Below, piece after piece: positions 26,787 through 26,802 of a stretch of DNA of 26,802 nucleotides. Source of the stretch: Actinomycetota bacterium (GTDB lineage: Bacteria > Actinomycetota > Acidimicrobiia > Acidimicrobiales > Ilumatobacteraceae); assembly GCA_041156905.1 (NCBI GenBank), contig JBEBDM010000019.1:1-26802 (forward strand), given 5' to 3'. The notes under the pieces are model-generated. The model searched no databases. It saw nothing but the letters and a program-made list of their open reading frames with translations, and had not been told where the DNA came from. The position numbers and the translations under genes were made by a program. How positions within the stretch are numbered: the first letter of the stretch is position 1; each line of letters starts with the position of its first letter.

Positions 26787-26802
26787 CCCCCACCCCACCG
26801 AT
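26787..26802 (+). repeat. Start of a fourth copy of the palindromic repeat, cut by the window end
   Basis: CCCCCACCCCACCGAT is identical to 2085-2100. Only 16 nt are visible. Confidence 0.65.

Overview
High-GC (roughly 70%) bacterial DNA whose gene families and promoter style point to Actinomycetota; finer taxonomy cannot be established from sequence alone. Most of the window is a myo-inositol/cyclitol catabolic gene set on the minus strand, in two blocks. Block 1 (2928-9176) has a ROK regulator, an IolE-like dehydratase and a sugar ABC transporter. Block 2 (16969-26724) has iolR, a PhyH-family dioxygenase, iolG, iolB, iolC, a class I aldolase, a second Gfo/Idh/MocA dehydrogenase, iolD and an SDR. 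About 7.7 kb of unrelated, mostly leaderless genes separates the blocks. The strongest hidden signal is at the left end: the 150-aa ORF 569..1021(-) stops at an in-frame TGA in the motif T-P-V-*-P-L-C. The frame stays open for 189 more codons to the window edge with PrdB/GrdB-like sequence, and a 17-nt hairpin starts 11 nt after the TGA. This is a UxxC selenoprotein of at least 340 aa with a SECIS-like element and an extra C-terminal region, next to a CxxC protein and a CMD/AhpD-like protein. Other notable items are a dispersed 49-bp palindromic repeat with (CCCCA)n flanks (three full copies, one cut at the window end), a sugar ABC permease about twice normal size, and a PhyH dioxygenase inside the iol operon. 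No rRNA, tRNA, CRISPR array or transposase was recognised.
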